A stretch of DNA of 64,000 nt from Candidatus Latescibacterota bacterium (GCA_965226795.1 CBDDDZ010000005.1:2880001-2944000), one strand, 5' to 3'; positions 20,129-31,392 are shown, numbered from the stretch's first letter. The notes: generated by a model from the sequence alone, not told the origin. Program-made: numbers and translations.

Positions 20129-20325
20129 TGCCGTTTCCGTTGTATCTTGTAGTCGAAATCCGTGTCGTAGTCGATCGTATTGAACAGGTCCAGTATCCGC
20201 AGCTGCCTGCGGCGCTGAACATACTCTTCCAGGGCCTCAGTGACAACAGCCTTTTTCGTTCTGTGCCCTCCGATCCGACGGGCTTCCTCGATCAACGCGT
20301 CGTCAAGCGCAAGATTGGTTGCCAT
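20125..20325 (-). CDS. vapB: VapB antitoxin (DUF2191-like, ribbon-helix-helix)
   Basis: MATNLALDDALIEEARRIGGHRTKKAVVTEAL; ATGA overlap with vapC. Confidence 0.9.
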   Translation of the reverse strand: MATNLALDDALIEEARRIGGHRTKKAVVTEALEEYVQRRRQLRILDLFNTIDYDTDFDYKIQRKRQ

Positions 20326-20349
20326 GATACACCTCCTATTTACACGTAA

Positions 20350-20373
20350 TTTTACACACTCTTATGTGTAAAA
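20350..20373. promoter_or_regulatory. Probable VapBC operator
   Basis: Perfect inverted repeat TTTTACACA-N6-TGTGTAAAA, 25 bp upstream of vapB. Confidence 0.65.
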
Positions 20374-20522
20374 GCAAACGAATTTCTTTAGTCGGTGCCA
20401 CGAGCGAGAATTGCCCGGTCAGACCGTAATAGAACCCTATAATGGGAAGAGCAACGAAAGCCCTGCTTCCAATGAACCTTATATTCGTGCACTATCACAA
20501 ATCAACCAGGGAGGAGTGAGCC

Positions 20523-21659
20523 GTGCGACTCCTGCAATTCCGCGATCCATCCGCCCCGGGCCCCGCGCGTCTCGGCCTCGTCGAAAGTGACATGGTCCTG
20601 GACCTCACGGCGTGCGAGCCCTACCCCGCCTCGGTCTACGACCTCTACTTTACCCACGGGGGCGACAGCATGGGGTTGGATCGGGTGGTCGGTGACATCG
20701 ACACTGCCAAAGCACGTTCCTACAGCCTGCCGGAACTCATGAACAATGGGCCACCCGCACGCCGGCCGCACCTGATCGCTCCCGTCACGCCGCCGCCCGG
20801 ACAACCCCACCGATTGCGGATCTGGCTAGCCGGCGTCACCCATGCAGACAGCGCCAGGCTGCGTGAAACCGAAGCGAAAGAGGCCACCGGCGGATCCGTC
20901 AATGTGTACGATCAGAAATACCGCGAATGCGCGCGCGGCGGGATTCCCGAACTCTTCGCGAAGACCGAAGCGGACGAGCTGGCCGGACATCGCGGGCATA
21001 TCGCAAGGCCGGAAAGCACCCGCCGCCTCGTGCCCGAAACAGAACTGGTCACCCTTTACGGACTGGACACCCGCGGTCAGATCAGGCGTCTGGGCTTTAC
21101 CGGCGGCAATGACTACACCGACAATGGCATTGAAGCCGAAAATCCGCTGAATCTTCCCCAGGCCAAGAATTGGCACGGAGGCTGCGCCAGCCTGGGGCCG
21201 GTTCTGGTCACGGACTCCGAATTCGACGACACCAGCGTCGCCGTATCCTGCGAAGTCCTGAGAGATAACGAACGCATCGCCCACAAGGCGGGACACACCG
21301 GCCAGAGCCATCTCAATATGCCTGACCGGCTCTTCCACCTGGAGCGGTCTCTTTTCAGTCGTCTGCCCCTACGAGGAAAGACCCTGCAACTGCTTTACTG
21401 GGGCACACCTATTGTTTTTTCGGAAGCCGACCTTCCCAATGGCCTCCAGGTTAACGATACCGTCCTGATGTCTTTCGGCGGCATCGGCGACCTGCATAAT
21501 TCCATCGCGCCCTTCCCTGATAACCGCCAACTGGCGTGGCTGGACGCCTACCGGCGTTGGCGCGGCCGGGACCAAGTCGCCGGGAAAGGCGAAGGAATCG
21601 CTCCTACAAGACCCGATCGTGACCCCACGGGTCCTGTTTCACAATCTCGAATGCCTTGA
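20523..21659 (+). CDS. Fumarylacetoacetate hydrolase family protein (sugar-acid dehydratase-like)
   Basis: AGVTH..SA..R, PELFAK, VPETEL, GNDYT...IEAENPLNLPQAK, SLGP. Confidence 0.8.
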   Translation: MRLLQFRDPSAPGPARLGLVESDMVLDLTACEPYPASVYDLYFTHGGDSMGLDRVVGDIDTAKARSYSLPELMNNGPPARRPHLIAPVTPPPGQPHRLRIWLAGVTHADSARLRETEAKEATGGSVNVYDQKYRECARGGIPELFAKTEADELAGHRGHIARPESTRRLVPETELVTLYGLDTRGQIRRLGFTGGNDYTDNGIEAENPLNLPQAKNWHGGCASLGPVLVTDSEFDDTSVAVSCEVLRDNERIAHKAGHTGQSHLNMPDRLFHLERSLFSRLPLRGKTLQLLYWGTPIVFSEADLPNGLQVNDTVLMSFGGIGDLHNSIAPFPDNRQLAWLDAYRRWRGRDQVAGKGEGIAPTRPDRDPTGPVSQSRMP

Positions 21660-21915
21660 TCGGACTTCGGCCGCGCGGCGCGTCGTGCAGCGTCGACGGA
21701 TTATAGGAGGCTCCGGCCAGTTTCAGCAGCGACTCCAGTTGGGGTTGACCCAATGTAAGCCCTTCCAGAAACATCTCTTCGCCGTTGATGTCCTTTACAG
21801 TCGTGCCTTCCGGACCCACAAACACCCGGCGCAACACGCGCATATTCGCACGGTGTTCCCGGAAATACGCAAGCGCGCGCGAGGGATCTCCTCCGTCGCA
21901 CCTGAGTTCAGGCAT
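21604..21915 (-). CDS. Hypothetical protein
   Basis: 103-aa ORF with GGAGG ahead of the ATG and protein-like composition; divergent from PFOR. Confidence 0.6.
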   Translation of the reverse strand: MPELRCDGGDPSRALAYFREHRANMRVLRRVFVGPEGTTVKDINGEEMFLEGLTLGQPQLESLLKLAGASYNPSTLHDAPRGRSPIKAFEIVKQDPWGHDRVL

Positions 21916-21978
21916 CGTTTGCCTCCGCGTTTCGTTCGTGCCCGTGATTCCTGGAAAGACCTTTTAGCCAAGGTAAAT

Positions 21979-24007
21979 ATGGAGGGGCCGCGGAAAGCGC
22001 CAAAATACAGTTTGCCGGACAGGCCGATGAATTTCCGTTTCCCGGCATCCCCGACGTGGGCGACGGAGGCGATGCCGCAATCTGGGTAGAAAAACACATC
22101 AGCCAGGGCGCATGCGCCTATCCCATTACGTCTTCCTCGATTCTGGGCGAGAAATACAGTGCGGTGGTGTCCAACGGCGGGGTCAACCTGTGGGGCGATA
22201 CCCTGGTCTTCATAGAGCCGGAGTCCGAACACAGTTCGGCTTCAGCGGCCGAAGGATTTGCAGTGACCGGCGGAAGGGTCACCAACTTCACCTCCGGGCA
22301 GGGCCTCGTACTGATGAAAAGGGTGCTCTACACGATCTCGGGCAAACGCCTTCCCGCCGTCTTCCATATCGGCGCGCGCGCTCACCTCACAATCGCTCAA
22401 CGTTCACGCGGGCCACGACGACGTGATGGCCGTGGCCGACTGCGGCTGGGGCATCGTATTCGCCCGAAACACCCAGGAGGTCATGGATATCACGCTTATC
22501 GCGCGCCGCGCCGCGGAGGCCTCTCAGACACCGTTCATGGTTGTCCAGGACGGGTTTCTCACAACCCACACGGTCCAGAACGTCAGGGCCATCGAACCGG
22601 AACTGATGAAGCTTTTCGTGGGACGCCCGGAAGATAAGATCCAGAATCTGATGGATACCGACAATCCGATGATGAGCGGCGTGGTGCAGAACCAGGACAG
22701 CTACACGAAGGGCAAGATCGCCCAGCGATATTTCTACGATCGCGTGCCCGACGACCTGCAGGAATCCATGCACGAATTCTACAGGATGACCGGAAGGCGT
22801 TACGGATTGATCGACGGATACCGCCTTGAAGACGCCGAATACATCATCGTGGGCATGGGCAGCATGCTCGAGACCGCCCAAACCGCTGTCGACTGGTTGT
22901 GGGATACCGAGGGTCTGAAAGTGGGCGCCCTTCACGTCACCTCATTCCGCCCGTTCCCGGGCGTCGAAATTGTGGAGGCGCTCAAAGGAGCAAAGGCCAT
23001 TTCCGTTGTGGAACGAATGGACAACCCGCTTGCGCAGTCCAATCCGCTGACCGCCGAAATCAAGGCCGCCTTTGCCGATGCCGCCAGCGGCGCCAGGGGT
23101 TATCCCGGAATCGATCGCCTTCCCAAAATTCTCTCGGGGATGGCCGGCCTGGGAAGCCGGGACGTCCGGCCGGGCGACTTCATTGCCACAGTCAGAAATA
23201 TGCAGGCGGCCGCACCCAGGCAGAAGGAACTTTTCGTCCTCAATATCGAACACGCAACTGGCCCTTCAGAGGCGGCCCGATCCCGGCACGCGGGAAATCG
23301 GCGCCTTCGCGATGCGCGGGCACTCGGTGGGCGGGTACGGATCCGTTACCACCAATAAAGTCATCGCCACGTTGCTGGCGAACCTGGGTCTTCACGTCCA
23401 GGCCTACCCGAAATACGGATCGGAAAAGAAGGGCCTGCCCACCACATACTATCTCACCGCCGCCAACGAACACATCCAGACCCACTCGGAGCTGGAAGTA
23501 GTCGACTTCGTGCCGCTCAACGACGTCAACGCCTTCAATACCGCCAATCCGCTGGCAGGCGTTGTCGACGGCGGCATGGTCTTCATCCAGAGTCCCCACA
23601 CCGTGGCGGAAAAAGCATGGGACAACATTCCGGGTTGGGCGAAAAGGACGTTCCGAACCAGACAAATCAAGCCTCTCGCCCTGAATGCCGTTAAAATTGC
23701 CCTGGAAGAAGCGCCGTCGCCGGATCTGATGCAGCGTTTCCAGGGTATTGTTCTTCTGGGAATCTTTCTGAAACACACCCCCTTTCAGAAGGATCTGAAT
23801 CTCACGGAAGACGAGTTGTTTGTCAATGTCGAAAGCGCGGTCAACAAATACTGGGGCAATAAGGGCAAGGGGGTCGTGGACGCCAACATGAATGCCATCA
23901 TGAGAGGTTACCGGGAGGTATTCGAAGTCCCACGGGAACTGATCGAAAGCACAATCGACCAGGAAACGGACGAACTTCCGGCGGGCCTGGTCTTGGTCGG
24001 ATGCTGA
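21979..24007 (+). pseudogene. Pyruvate:ferredoxin oxidoreductase alpha-gamma subunit, frameshifted
   Basis: AYPIT, ESEHS, FTSGQGLVLM, DGFLTTH and GYGSVTTNK are split by frameshifts at about 22380 and 23255. There is no in-frame start after the GGAGG at about 21981. Confidence 0.85.
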
Positions 24008-24147
24008 CCGGTCGTTCCGATTTCTCCAACGGCGTAGTGCCTCCTGTTGTCGCTTCTTAGTTGCGCATCGGCATCAAGGTGCCACGTTCCAAACCCGCAA
24101 CGATCACGCTCATTCCGAACGTTCAAGCCGAATCGGGAGTAAAAACC

Positions 24148-25177
24148 ATGTCGACCAATGGAAAAAACGAGCCCGCCACACTGCTGAGCGTCAGTTCATT
24201 GCAGGATATGGACGAGGAGCCGATCTCCTCCTCGCCGCTCAACCTGCATACCCTGCTGGATATCGAAGACTTCAACGGGCGGGTTGTGGCGGGGTACAAT
24301 ACAGGCATCGCCGAACAGGGGCTGCCCGCCGATGTAGGCATTGCCCGCAGCCTCGTGGGTCCGGGTACCGGCGCCCACCGCGACTTCAGCTACATCGCCC
24401 CCGAGATCCCGGAGTTCATCCAGGAGAACTGCGTTGGCTGCATGGACTGCGGAGAAGCCACGGCCCTGCGCATGATGCCGGCCTCCACGGGTTATCTGCA
24501 CGGCCCCGAAAACCTGGGCCTCGTGGCCTCCACAGGTTGTAACACCGTCTACACCTCCACCTATCCGTACAACCCGTATACGATTCCGTGGACCAACTCC
24601 CTTTTTGAAAACGGACCCACCGATGCCATGGGGATGCGTGCCCGCTGGAACCAGATAGGCTGGCACGATAAGAAGATCTGGGTGATCGGCGGAGACGGGG
24701 CCATGCTCGATATCGGCTTCCAGGCACTCTCGCGCATGCTCATGTCCGGCATGGATATCAACGTCCTGGTCCTGGACACCCAGGTCTACTCCAACACCGG
24801 CGGCCAGGCGTCCACCTCGAGTTATATGGGCCAGAACACCAAAATGTCCGTACACGGCGTGGGAGACCACCTGGCCGGGCACCAGGCCAAACTGGCCATG
24901 GAATCCCGGGCCTTCCCCATCTTCATCTACGATCCACGCAACGGGGAACGCATCAAGGAACGGCTGGACCTTAAGGGCAACCCGGCCGTCAAGGACGATT
25001 GGTATACCATCCGCAAAACGGGCGAAACCGTCGACTTTGTTACTTTCGCCCGGACGGAAGGTCGTTTCGCCAAGCAATTCAACAGAGACGGAAATCCTTC
25101 CGAAACCCTTATGGCCGCCCAGGAAGATCGCCTGCAAGAACTGGCGCATGCTCCAGGAGATGGCCGGCATCATCTGA
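24148..25177 (+). pseudogene. PFOR delta-beta subunit with internal deletions and a 3' frameshift
   Basis: CVGCMDC joins directly to GEATALR. STGCNTVY and the GDGA...DTQVYSNTGGQ TPP motif are present. SVHG joins directly to VGDH. An extra base at about 25134 displaces KNWRMLQEMAGII*. Confidence 0.82.
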
Positions 25178-25212
25178 AGACACGCTGTAAACATCGCCAT
25201 AGGTTGACGCAC

Positions 25213-25249
25213 GAAAAGCCCCTGGAGGTGTGCCTCCCGGGGCTTTTTT
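25213..25249 (+). terminator. Intrinsic terminator after PFOR
   Basis: AAAAGCCCCTGGAGG-tgtg-CCTCCCGGGGCTTTTTT. Confidence 0.8.
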
Positions 25250-25288
25250 CTTCATCGTCCGCTCAACCTGCATGAAAGGGCAACATGG

Positions 25289-25317
25289 TTGACTTTTCAG
25301 CTGTCTACCGGTAAATT
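25289..25317 (+). promoter_or_regulatory. Sigma70-type promoter for the PDH operon
   Basis: TTGACT-N17-TAAATT. Confidence 0.5.
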
Positions 25318-25502
25318 CAGAAGCCGATGTGACATCGATCAACCCGAACAAAGCTGGTTTTGAAATTCCTGGTGCGTCCGGTCGGAGCCTGACAACGCGT
25401 TGAACCTTGCCGCGTCCGGACAGGTTGGGATAACCCGGTTCGATCTTGCCACGTGTGCGTCAGCGACAAGCACGTGCACGGCGAATCATTACGAGGCCGT
25501 TA

Positions 25503-28208
25503 ATGTCTGATAAAGTCGTCCGAATCCCCTCCCGAGACGTCGACCCCGCCGAAACCCAGGACTGGATCGAATCGCTCGACTATGCCCTGGAAAACTACGG
25601 ACCGAACCGGGTGCGCTTCCTGTTCAAGAAAATCGAGGAATGGGCGCACCGCGCGGACGTCGTCATCCCCTTCAGTGCGAATACGCCCTATGTCAACACC
25701 ATTCCGGCGGATCAGCAGCACCCCTACCCGGGCAACAGGGAAATCGAACGCCGCATCAAGAGCATCATTCGCTGGAACGCCATGGCCATGGTGGTGCGCG
25801 CCAACCGCGAATACGACGGCATTGGCGGCCACATCTCCACCTATGCGTCCGCGGCCACTCTGCTCGAGGTGGGTTTCGACCACTTCTTTCACGGCCGGAG
25901 CAACGGCTTCGTGGGCGACCAGGTGTATTTCCAGGGTCACGCCGCGCCGGGTGTATACGCCCGTGCTTTCCTTGAAGGCAGGATCGACGAACAGGCCCTG
26001 GAGAACTTCCGCAGGGACCTCCGGCATCCCGGCGGGCTGTCCTCCTATCCGCACCCTTGGCTGATGCCCGACTTCTGGGAATACCCGACGGTGTCCATGG
26101 GCCTGGCGCCCATTATGGGCATCTATCACGCGCGGTTCAACCGCTACCTGGAGGATCGAGGCCTCAAAGACACCTCCGCTTCCCACGTGTGGGTCTTTAT
26201 GGGCGACGGCGAAACCGACGAGCCCGAATCCCTTGGCGCAATCACCCTGGCCTCCAGGGAGAAGCTGGACAACCTTATCTTCGTGATCAACTGTAATCTC
26301 CAGCGGCTGGACGGCCCGGTACGGGGCAACGGCAAGGTGATTCAGGAATTGGAAGCCGCATTCCGCGGCGCCGGCTGGAACGCCATTAAAGTAATCTGGG
26401 GCGACGACTGGGATCCGTTGCTGGCCCGGGACCACGAGGGCATACTCGCCCAGCGCATGAACGACGTGGTGGACGGCCAATACCAGAAATATACCGTTGA
26501 ATCGGGCGACTACATCCGCAGAGATTTCTTTGGCGCCCACCCCAAACTGCCCGGAATGGTCGACCACCTTTCCGACGAACAGTTGCAGAAAATGCGACGA
26601 GGCGGGCACGACCCCGAAAAAGTCTACGCGGCCTACAAGTCGGCCGTGGAGCACAGGGGCTCGCCCACCGTAATCCTGGCAAAAACGATCAAGGGCTACG
26701 GGGTAGGCGAATCCGGTGAAGGCCGGAACGTCTCTCACCAGCAGAAGAAACTGAACGAAGACGAACTGCGGGAATTCCGATCCCGCTTCGGAATCCCTAT
26801 CTCGGACGACGAAGTGGCCGCCGCTCCCTTTTACCGGCCTCCCGACGACAGCCCGGAAATTGAATATATGAAACGACGCCGGGAGGAACTGGGCGGCTAT
26901 CTGCCCTGCCGGCAGGTCAATACAAGACCTCTCGCCGTTCCCGCGCTGGACGTTTTCGACGAATTTCTGAAGGGCACGCAGGGCCGGCAGGCCTCCACGA
27001 CGATGGCCTTCGTCCGGATGTTCTCCAAGCTCCTGCGCGATCCCGAAATCGGCAAACTCATCGTGCCGATCATCCCGGACGAAGCCCGTACGTTCGGCAT
27101 GGAACCGCTCTTTCGACAATGCGGAATCTACTCCCACGTCGGGCAGCTCTACGAACCGGTAGACGCCGATACACTATTGTATTACCGGGAAGTCAGGGAA
27201 GGTCAGATCCTGGAAGAAGGCATCAACGAAGCCGGTTCCATGTGCTCCTTCATCGCCGCGGGTACGGCCTATGCCACCTGTGGTGTGAACACCATCCCGT
27301 TTTTCATCTACTACTCCATGTTCGGATTTCAGCGCATCGGCGACCTGATCTGGGCCGCCGCGGATATGCGGTGCAAGGGTTTCCTCCTGGGGGGTACGGC
27401 CGGCCGAACGACGTTGAACGGAGAAGGCCTTCAACACCAGGACGGTCACAGCCACGTACTGGCCAGCACCGTCCCCAATCTACTCACTTACGACCCCGCC
27501 TATGCTTACGAAATCGCGGTCATCATTCAGGACGGTATCCGGCGCATGTACGGGGAGCAGGAAGATATCTTTTATTATCTGACGCTAGGAAACGAGCCCT
27601 ACGACATGCCGGCCATGCCGGAGGGCGCCGAGGAAGGCATCATCAAAGGTATCTACAAACTCAAGCCAGACTCCCTGGAAAACGCAACGCATCACGTTCA
27701 GCTTTTCGGCAGCGGCGCCATCCTGAGGGAAGCCCTTCGCGCCGGGGAAATTCTGGCCGAGAAATACGGTGTTTCCGCGCAGGTCTGGAGCGTCACCAGT
27801 TACAAGGAACTGCGTAAGGACGCCCTCGAAACCGAACGTTGGAACCGGCTGCACCCCTCAAAACCCGCACGCAAGCCCTACATCACCCGCGTACTCGAAA
27901 CCGCCCGCGGCCCAGTCGTGGCGGCTTCCGACTATATGAAAATCCTGCCCGACATGATCCGACCCTGGGTGGCACAGGATCTGGTTGCCCTGGGTACCGA
28001 CGGCTTTGGAAGAAGCGATACCAGGGAAGCGCTTCGCCGGCACTTTGAGGTCGATGCCGAATCCATCGCCGTCGCCGCGCTCTACGCCCTATCGAACCAG
28101 GGCGGGATCCGGAGAGACCAGGTTGCAAGGGCCATAGAGGACCTCGGCGTCGACCCCGATAAAGTCAATCCGGTCGCGGCCGGTCCAACGTTAAGTTACG
28201 GAAAATAG
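25503..28208 (+). CDS. aceE: Pyruvate dehydrogenase E1, homodimeric type
   Basis: GGHIS, QGHAAPG, PTVSMGL, GDGETDEPE, NCNLQRLDGP, GEGLQHQDG. Confidence 0.97.
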   Translation: MSDKVVRIPSRDVDPAETQDWIESLDYALENYGPNRVRFLFKKIEEWAHRADVVIPFSANTPYVNTIPADQQHPYPGNREIERRIKSIIRWNAMAMVVRANREYDGIGGHISTYASAATLLEVGFDHFFHGRSNGFVGDQVYFQGHAAPGVYARAFLEGRIDEQALENFRRDLRHPGGLSSYPHPWLMPDFWEYPTVSMGLAPIMGIYHARFNRYLEDRGLKDTSASHVWVFMGDGETDEPESLGAITLASREKLDNLIFVINCNLQRLDGPVRGNGKVIQELEAAFRGAGWNAIKVIWGDDWDPLLARDHEGILAQRMNDVVDGQYQKYTVESGDYIRRDFFGAHPKLPGMVDHLSDEQLQKMRRGGHDPEKVYAAYKSAVEHRGSPTVILAKTIKGYGVGESGEGRNVSHQQKKLNEDELREFRSRFGIPISDDEVAAAPFYRPPDDSPEIEYMKRRREELGGYLPCRQVNTRPLAVPALDVFDEFLKGTQGRQASTTMAFVRMFSKLLRDPEIGKLIVPIIPDEARTFGMEPLFRQCGIYSHVGQLYEPVDADTLLYYREVREGQILEEGINEAGSMCSFIAAGTAYATCGVNTIPFFIYYSMFGFQRIGDLIWAAADMRCKGFLLGGTAGRTTLNGEGLQHQDGHSHVLASTVPNLLTYDPAYAYEIAVIIQDGIRRMYGEQEDIFYYLTLGNEPYDMPAMPEGAEEGIIKGIYKLKPDSLENATHHVQLFGSGAILREALRAGEILAEKYGVSAQVWSVTSYKELRKDALETERWNRLHPSKPARKPYITRVLETARGPVVAASDYMKILPDMIRPWVAQDLVALGTDGFGRSDTREALRRHFEVDAESIAVAALYALSNQGGIRRDQVARAIEDLGVDPDKVNPVAAGPTLSYGK

Positions 28209-28240
28209 CGAGCGTTCGCGGCACCCGCAAAGGAGGAACC

Positions 28241-29533
28241 GTGGCTGAGGAATTCAGACTTCCGGACCTGGGTGAGGGTATCGATCAGGGCGACGTGGTG
28301 CGTATCATGGTCTCGGAAGGTGATTCAATCGAGGTCGATCAGCCCGTCATCGAACTGGAAACCGACAAAGCGCTGGTTGAAGTCCCATCTTCAATTGCCG
28401 GAACTGTCGCTTCGGTCAAGGTCACGAATGGCGACAGTATCTCACCCGGCACCGTACTCATCACCGTGGAAGCTGCACAGACAGCGGACGCGCGGCAGCC
28501 CTTGCAGGAATCACACGCGCTGGATGAAGAGGTCCAGCCGCCACCGCCGGATCCGCCGGTGGAACGGCGGGCGCCGCCCGGTCCGGTGGACGCGGACACG
28601 ACCGAAAAGACGCCCATGGCCCCGGAAACTGCACAGGGCACGGTGCCGGCCGCGCCCTCCGTGCGTCGATTCGCGCGCGAACTAGGCGTCGATCTGCGCC
28701 AGGTTCCCGGCAGCGGCGCCGGCGGACGGATTACCCGAGACGACGTGAAGAGCTACGTACAGTCCTCTCTGAACGAGGCGGCGTCAGCCGGACCTGTCGT
28801 CGCGCCCGATCTGCCCGACTTCAGCCGGTGGGGCCGTGTCGAACGACAGCAACTGCCCGGGGTCCGTAGAACCATTGCGCAGAACGTCGGCACGGCCTGG
28901 GCGCATGTCCCGCACGTCACGCAGTTCGATCGGGCCGACGTGACGGACCTGGAGGCTTTCCGCCGGCGGCACAAGGCCGGCACCGAAGCCCGGGGCGGCA
29001 GGCTCACACCCACGCCGTTTGTCCTGAAAGCCGTCGTCAGCGCATTGAAAGCCTTTCCGCAGTTCAACGCCAGCCTGGACATGGCCGCCGGACAGCTCAT
29101 CATTAAGCACTACTACCACATCGGCGTGGCCGTTGATACGGAGAGGGGCCTGATCGTGCCGGTTATCCACGACGTGGACCGAAAAGACATCTTCGAACTG
29201 GCCGTTCAACTCGACGACCTCGCCCGCCGGACGCGGGAGGGCAGAGCCGAACTCGAAGAGCTTCAGGGCGGCACCTTTACCGTCACCAACCTGGGCAGCA
29301 TCGGCGGTACTTCCTTCACTCCCATCGTCAACTTCCCCGAAGTCGCCATACTCGGCATGGGGCGGTCCCGACCGGAACCGGTCGTCCATGATGGGCGAAT
29401 CGAATCCCGTCTCATCATGCCAATCTGCCTGTCGTACGACCACCGCGTCGTCGATGGCGCCGACGGCACGCGATTTACCAGTCATCTGGTTGAATCCCTC
29501 GAAAACCCGGAACGCATGCTCCTCGGGGGATAG
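28241..29533 (+). CDS. aceF: Dihydrolipoamide acetyltransferase E2 with one lipoyl domain
   Basis: LETDKA lipoyl site, AAPSVRRFARELG binding domain, DHRVVDG catalytic motif. Confidence 0.95.
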   Translation: MAEEFRLPDLGEGIDQGDVVRIMVSEGDSIEVDQPVIELETDKALVEVPSSIAGTVASVKVTNGDSISPGTVLITVEAAQTADARQPLQESHALDEEVQPPPPDPPVERRAPPGPVDADTTEKTPMAPETAQGTVPAAPSVRRFARELGVDLRQVPGSGAGGRITRDDVKSYVQSSLNEAASAGPVVAPDLPDFSRWGRVERQQLPGVRRTIAQNVGTAWAHVPHVTQFDRADVTDLEAFRRRHKAGTEARGGRLTPTPFVLKAVVSALKAFPQFNASLDMAAGQLIIKHYYHIGVAVDTERGLIVPVIHDVDRKDIFELAVQLDDLARRTREGRAELEELQGGTFTVTNLGSIGGTSFTPIVNFPEVAILGMGRSRPEPVVHDGRIESRLIMPICLSYDHRVVDGADGTRFTSHLVESLENPERMLLGG

Positions 29534-29615
29534 CCGGCGATCGAAAGCCCTTAGGACCACGCTGCCTGCCTGCAGCAGGCAGGCAGCCTCGCGTGTTCAC
29601 CAATCCGGAGCAACC

Positions 29616-31034
29616 ATGCCGGTAGACACCCATAAGACCGACCTCCTTGTTATCGGCGGGGGGCCGGGCGGTTACGCCGCCGCCTTCAGATCTGCGGACC
29701 TGGGCATCCCTGTCACTCTGGTAGAAGCGGACGACCGCCTCGGGGGCACATGCCTGCTCCGGGGTTGCATCCCCTCCAAGGCCCTGCTTCACGTTGCCAG
29801 CCTGATTTCCGAATCCCGTGAAGCGGCGGCGTGTGGATTGACGTTCTCCGAACCGGAAATCGATCTGGACAAAATGCGGAAGTGGAAAGACGGAATTCTC
29901 ACGAAGTTCTCACGCGGCCTCGATGTCCTTTGCAAGCGCCGCAGAGTCACGCGGGTCCGCGGCCGTGCCGTCTTTGAATCTTCCGATCGGGTTCGTATCT
30001 CCGGGCGTGACGACGTCTCTCAAATCGATTTCGTCCATGCCATCGTCGCCACGGGGTCCCGGCCCGCCGTGCCCCCGGTTTTCGACATTGACAGCCCGAA
30101 AATCCTGGATTCGAATAAGGCGCTTGAAGTGGAGAACATTCCCAATCGTCTGCTGGCTGTCGGGGGCGGCATCATCGGCCTGGAACTGAGCACCGTCTAC
30201 GCCCAACTCGGAAGCCAGGTGACGCTCGTCGAAATCACCGGCGGTCTCTTGCCCGGTGTGGACCGTGACCTGGTCAAACCCCTGCAAAAACGCCTGGAAG
30301 GCATTTTCGACGGCATCCACCTCAACACCGCCGTCGCCGCCCTGGAAACAAACGGGAATGGTATATCCGCGAGTTTCGAAGGGGATTACCAGGGGCGGTC
30401 ACAGACCTTCGACAACATCCTGCTCTCGGCGGGCCGGCTACCCAACACCGAAAACCTGGGGTTAGAGAATACGCGGGTCGGGCTCTCGGATCCCGGCTTC
30501 ATCGTCGTCGACGGACACATGCGTACGGCCGACAGCCGCATCTTTGCCGTTGGCGACGTGGTCGATGGCCCCGGGCTCGCGCACAAAGCCGCACACCAGG
30601 GGAAAGTTGCCGCCGAAGTCATCGCCGGGCAACCCGCGGGCTTCGACAGCATTGTCCCCTCCGTTGTTTACACGGATCCTGAAATCGCCTGGTGCGGACT
30701 AACCGAAACCCAGGCGCGGGAGCAGGATCTCCCCGTCAAAATCGCCCGTTATCCCTGGGCCGCCTCGGGCCGGGCTGCAACCCTGGGCCGTACCGAGGGT
30801 CTCACCAAACTGATTGTCGACCCTCAGACCAGCCGAATCCTGGGGGCAGGGATCGTCGGCCCGAACGCCGGGGAACTCATCGCCGAAGCCGTCCTTGGCG
30901 TCGAAATGGCCGCTGTCGCCGAAGATCTGGCGCACACGATCCACCCCCACCCTTCGCTCTCCGAATCCCTGGGCATCGCCGCGGAAATCCACCTGGGTAC
31001 CGCGACCGACCTCTACATCCCGAAGAAGCGATAG
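29616..31034 (+). CDS. lpdA: Dihydrolipoamide dehydrogenase E3
   Basis: GGGPGGY, GGTCLLRGCIPSK, GGGIIGLE, HPHPSLSE. Confidence 0.97.
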   Translation: MPVDTHKTDLLVIGGGPGGYAAAFRSADLGIPVTLVEADDRLGGTCLLRGCIPSKALLHVASLISESREAAACGLTFSEPEIDLDKMRKWKDGILTKFSRGLDVLCKRRRVTRVRGRAVFESSDRVRISGRDDVSQIDFVHAIVATGSRPAVPPVFDIDSPKILDSNKALEVENIPNRLLAVGGGIIGLELSTVYAQLGSQVTLVEITGGLLPGVDRDLVKPLQKRLEGIFDGIHLNTAVAALETNGNGISASFEGDYQGRSQTFDNILLSAGRLPNTENLGLENTRVGLSDPGFIVVDGHMRTADSRIFAVGDVVDGPGLAHKAAHQGKVAAEVIAGQPAGFDSIVPSVVYTDPEIAWCGLTETQAREQDLPVKIARYPWAASGRAATLGRTEGLTKLIVDPQTSRILGAGIVGPNAGELIAEAVLGVEMAAVAEDLAHTIHPHPSLSESLGIAAEIHLGTATDLYIPKKR

Positions 31035-31392
31035 CGTTTCAGCGGGATGGCGGAAGGCGAACCTCCGTCCGGGAAACGCGCCCGGACCTTGGCAGGTGGA
31101 GGCCATAATCTCACACAAACACACGAAGACACCATGAGATCGGAAAACGGTTCAGGTGATTATACACCGTCTGACGCGATACATCCAACTGCCTGGCAAT
31201 CCGCGGCTCCTACCTGCGTAGCGCCTGCGCTGCAGGCGGGTCGGAACGCCGTCTTCACTCCCCTAGAATGCTCCTCTTCACCTTGTTTCATGGCTCTCGC
31301 GCTCTCACTCTAATCTGGATCTCAATTCCAAAAGCCGCGTACCCAGTGCCTGAGGCGATTCAACTCTTCGGTCCTCAGGAGTTTCATTGCCA

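Noticed and set aside
21604..21659. 56-nt convergent overlap between the FAH-like gene and the hypothetical gene as a regulatory device
   Set aside because: The FAH tail is low in information and looks like a stop-codon run-on. Nothing supports a function.
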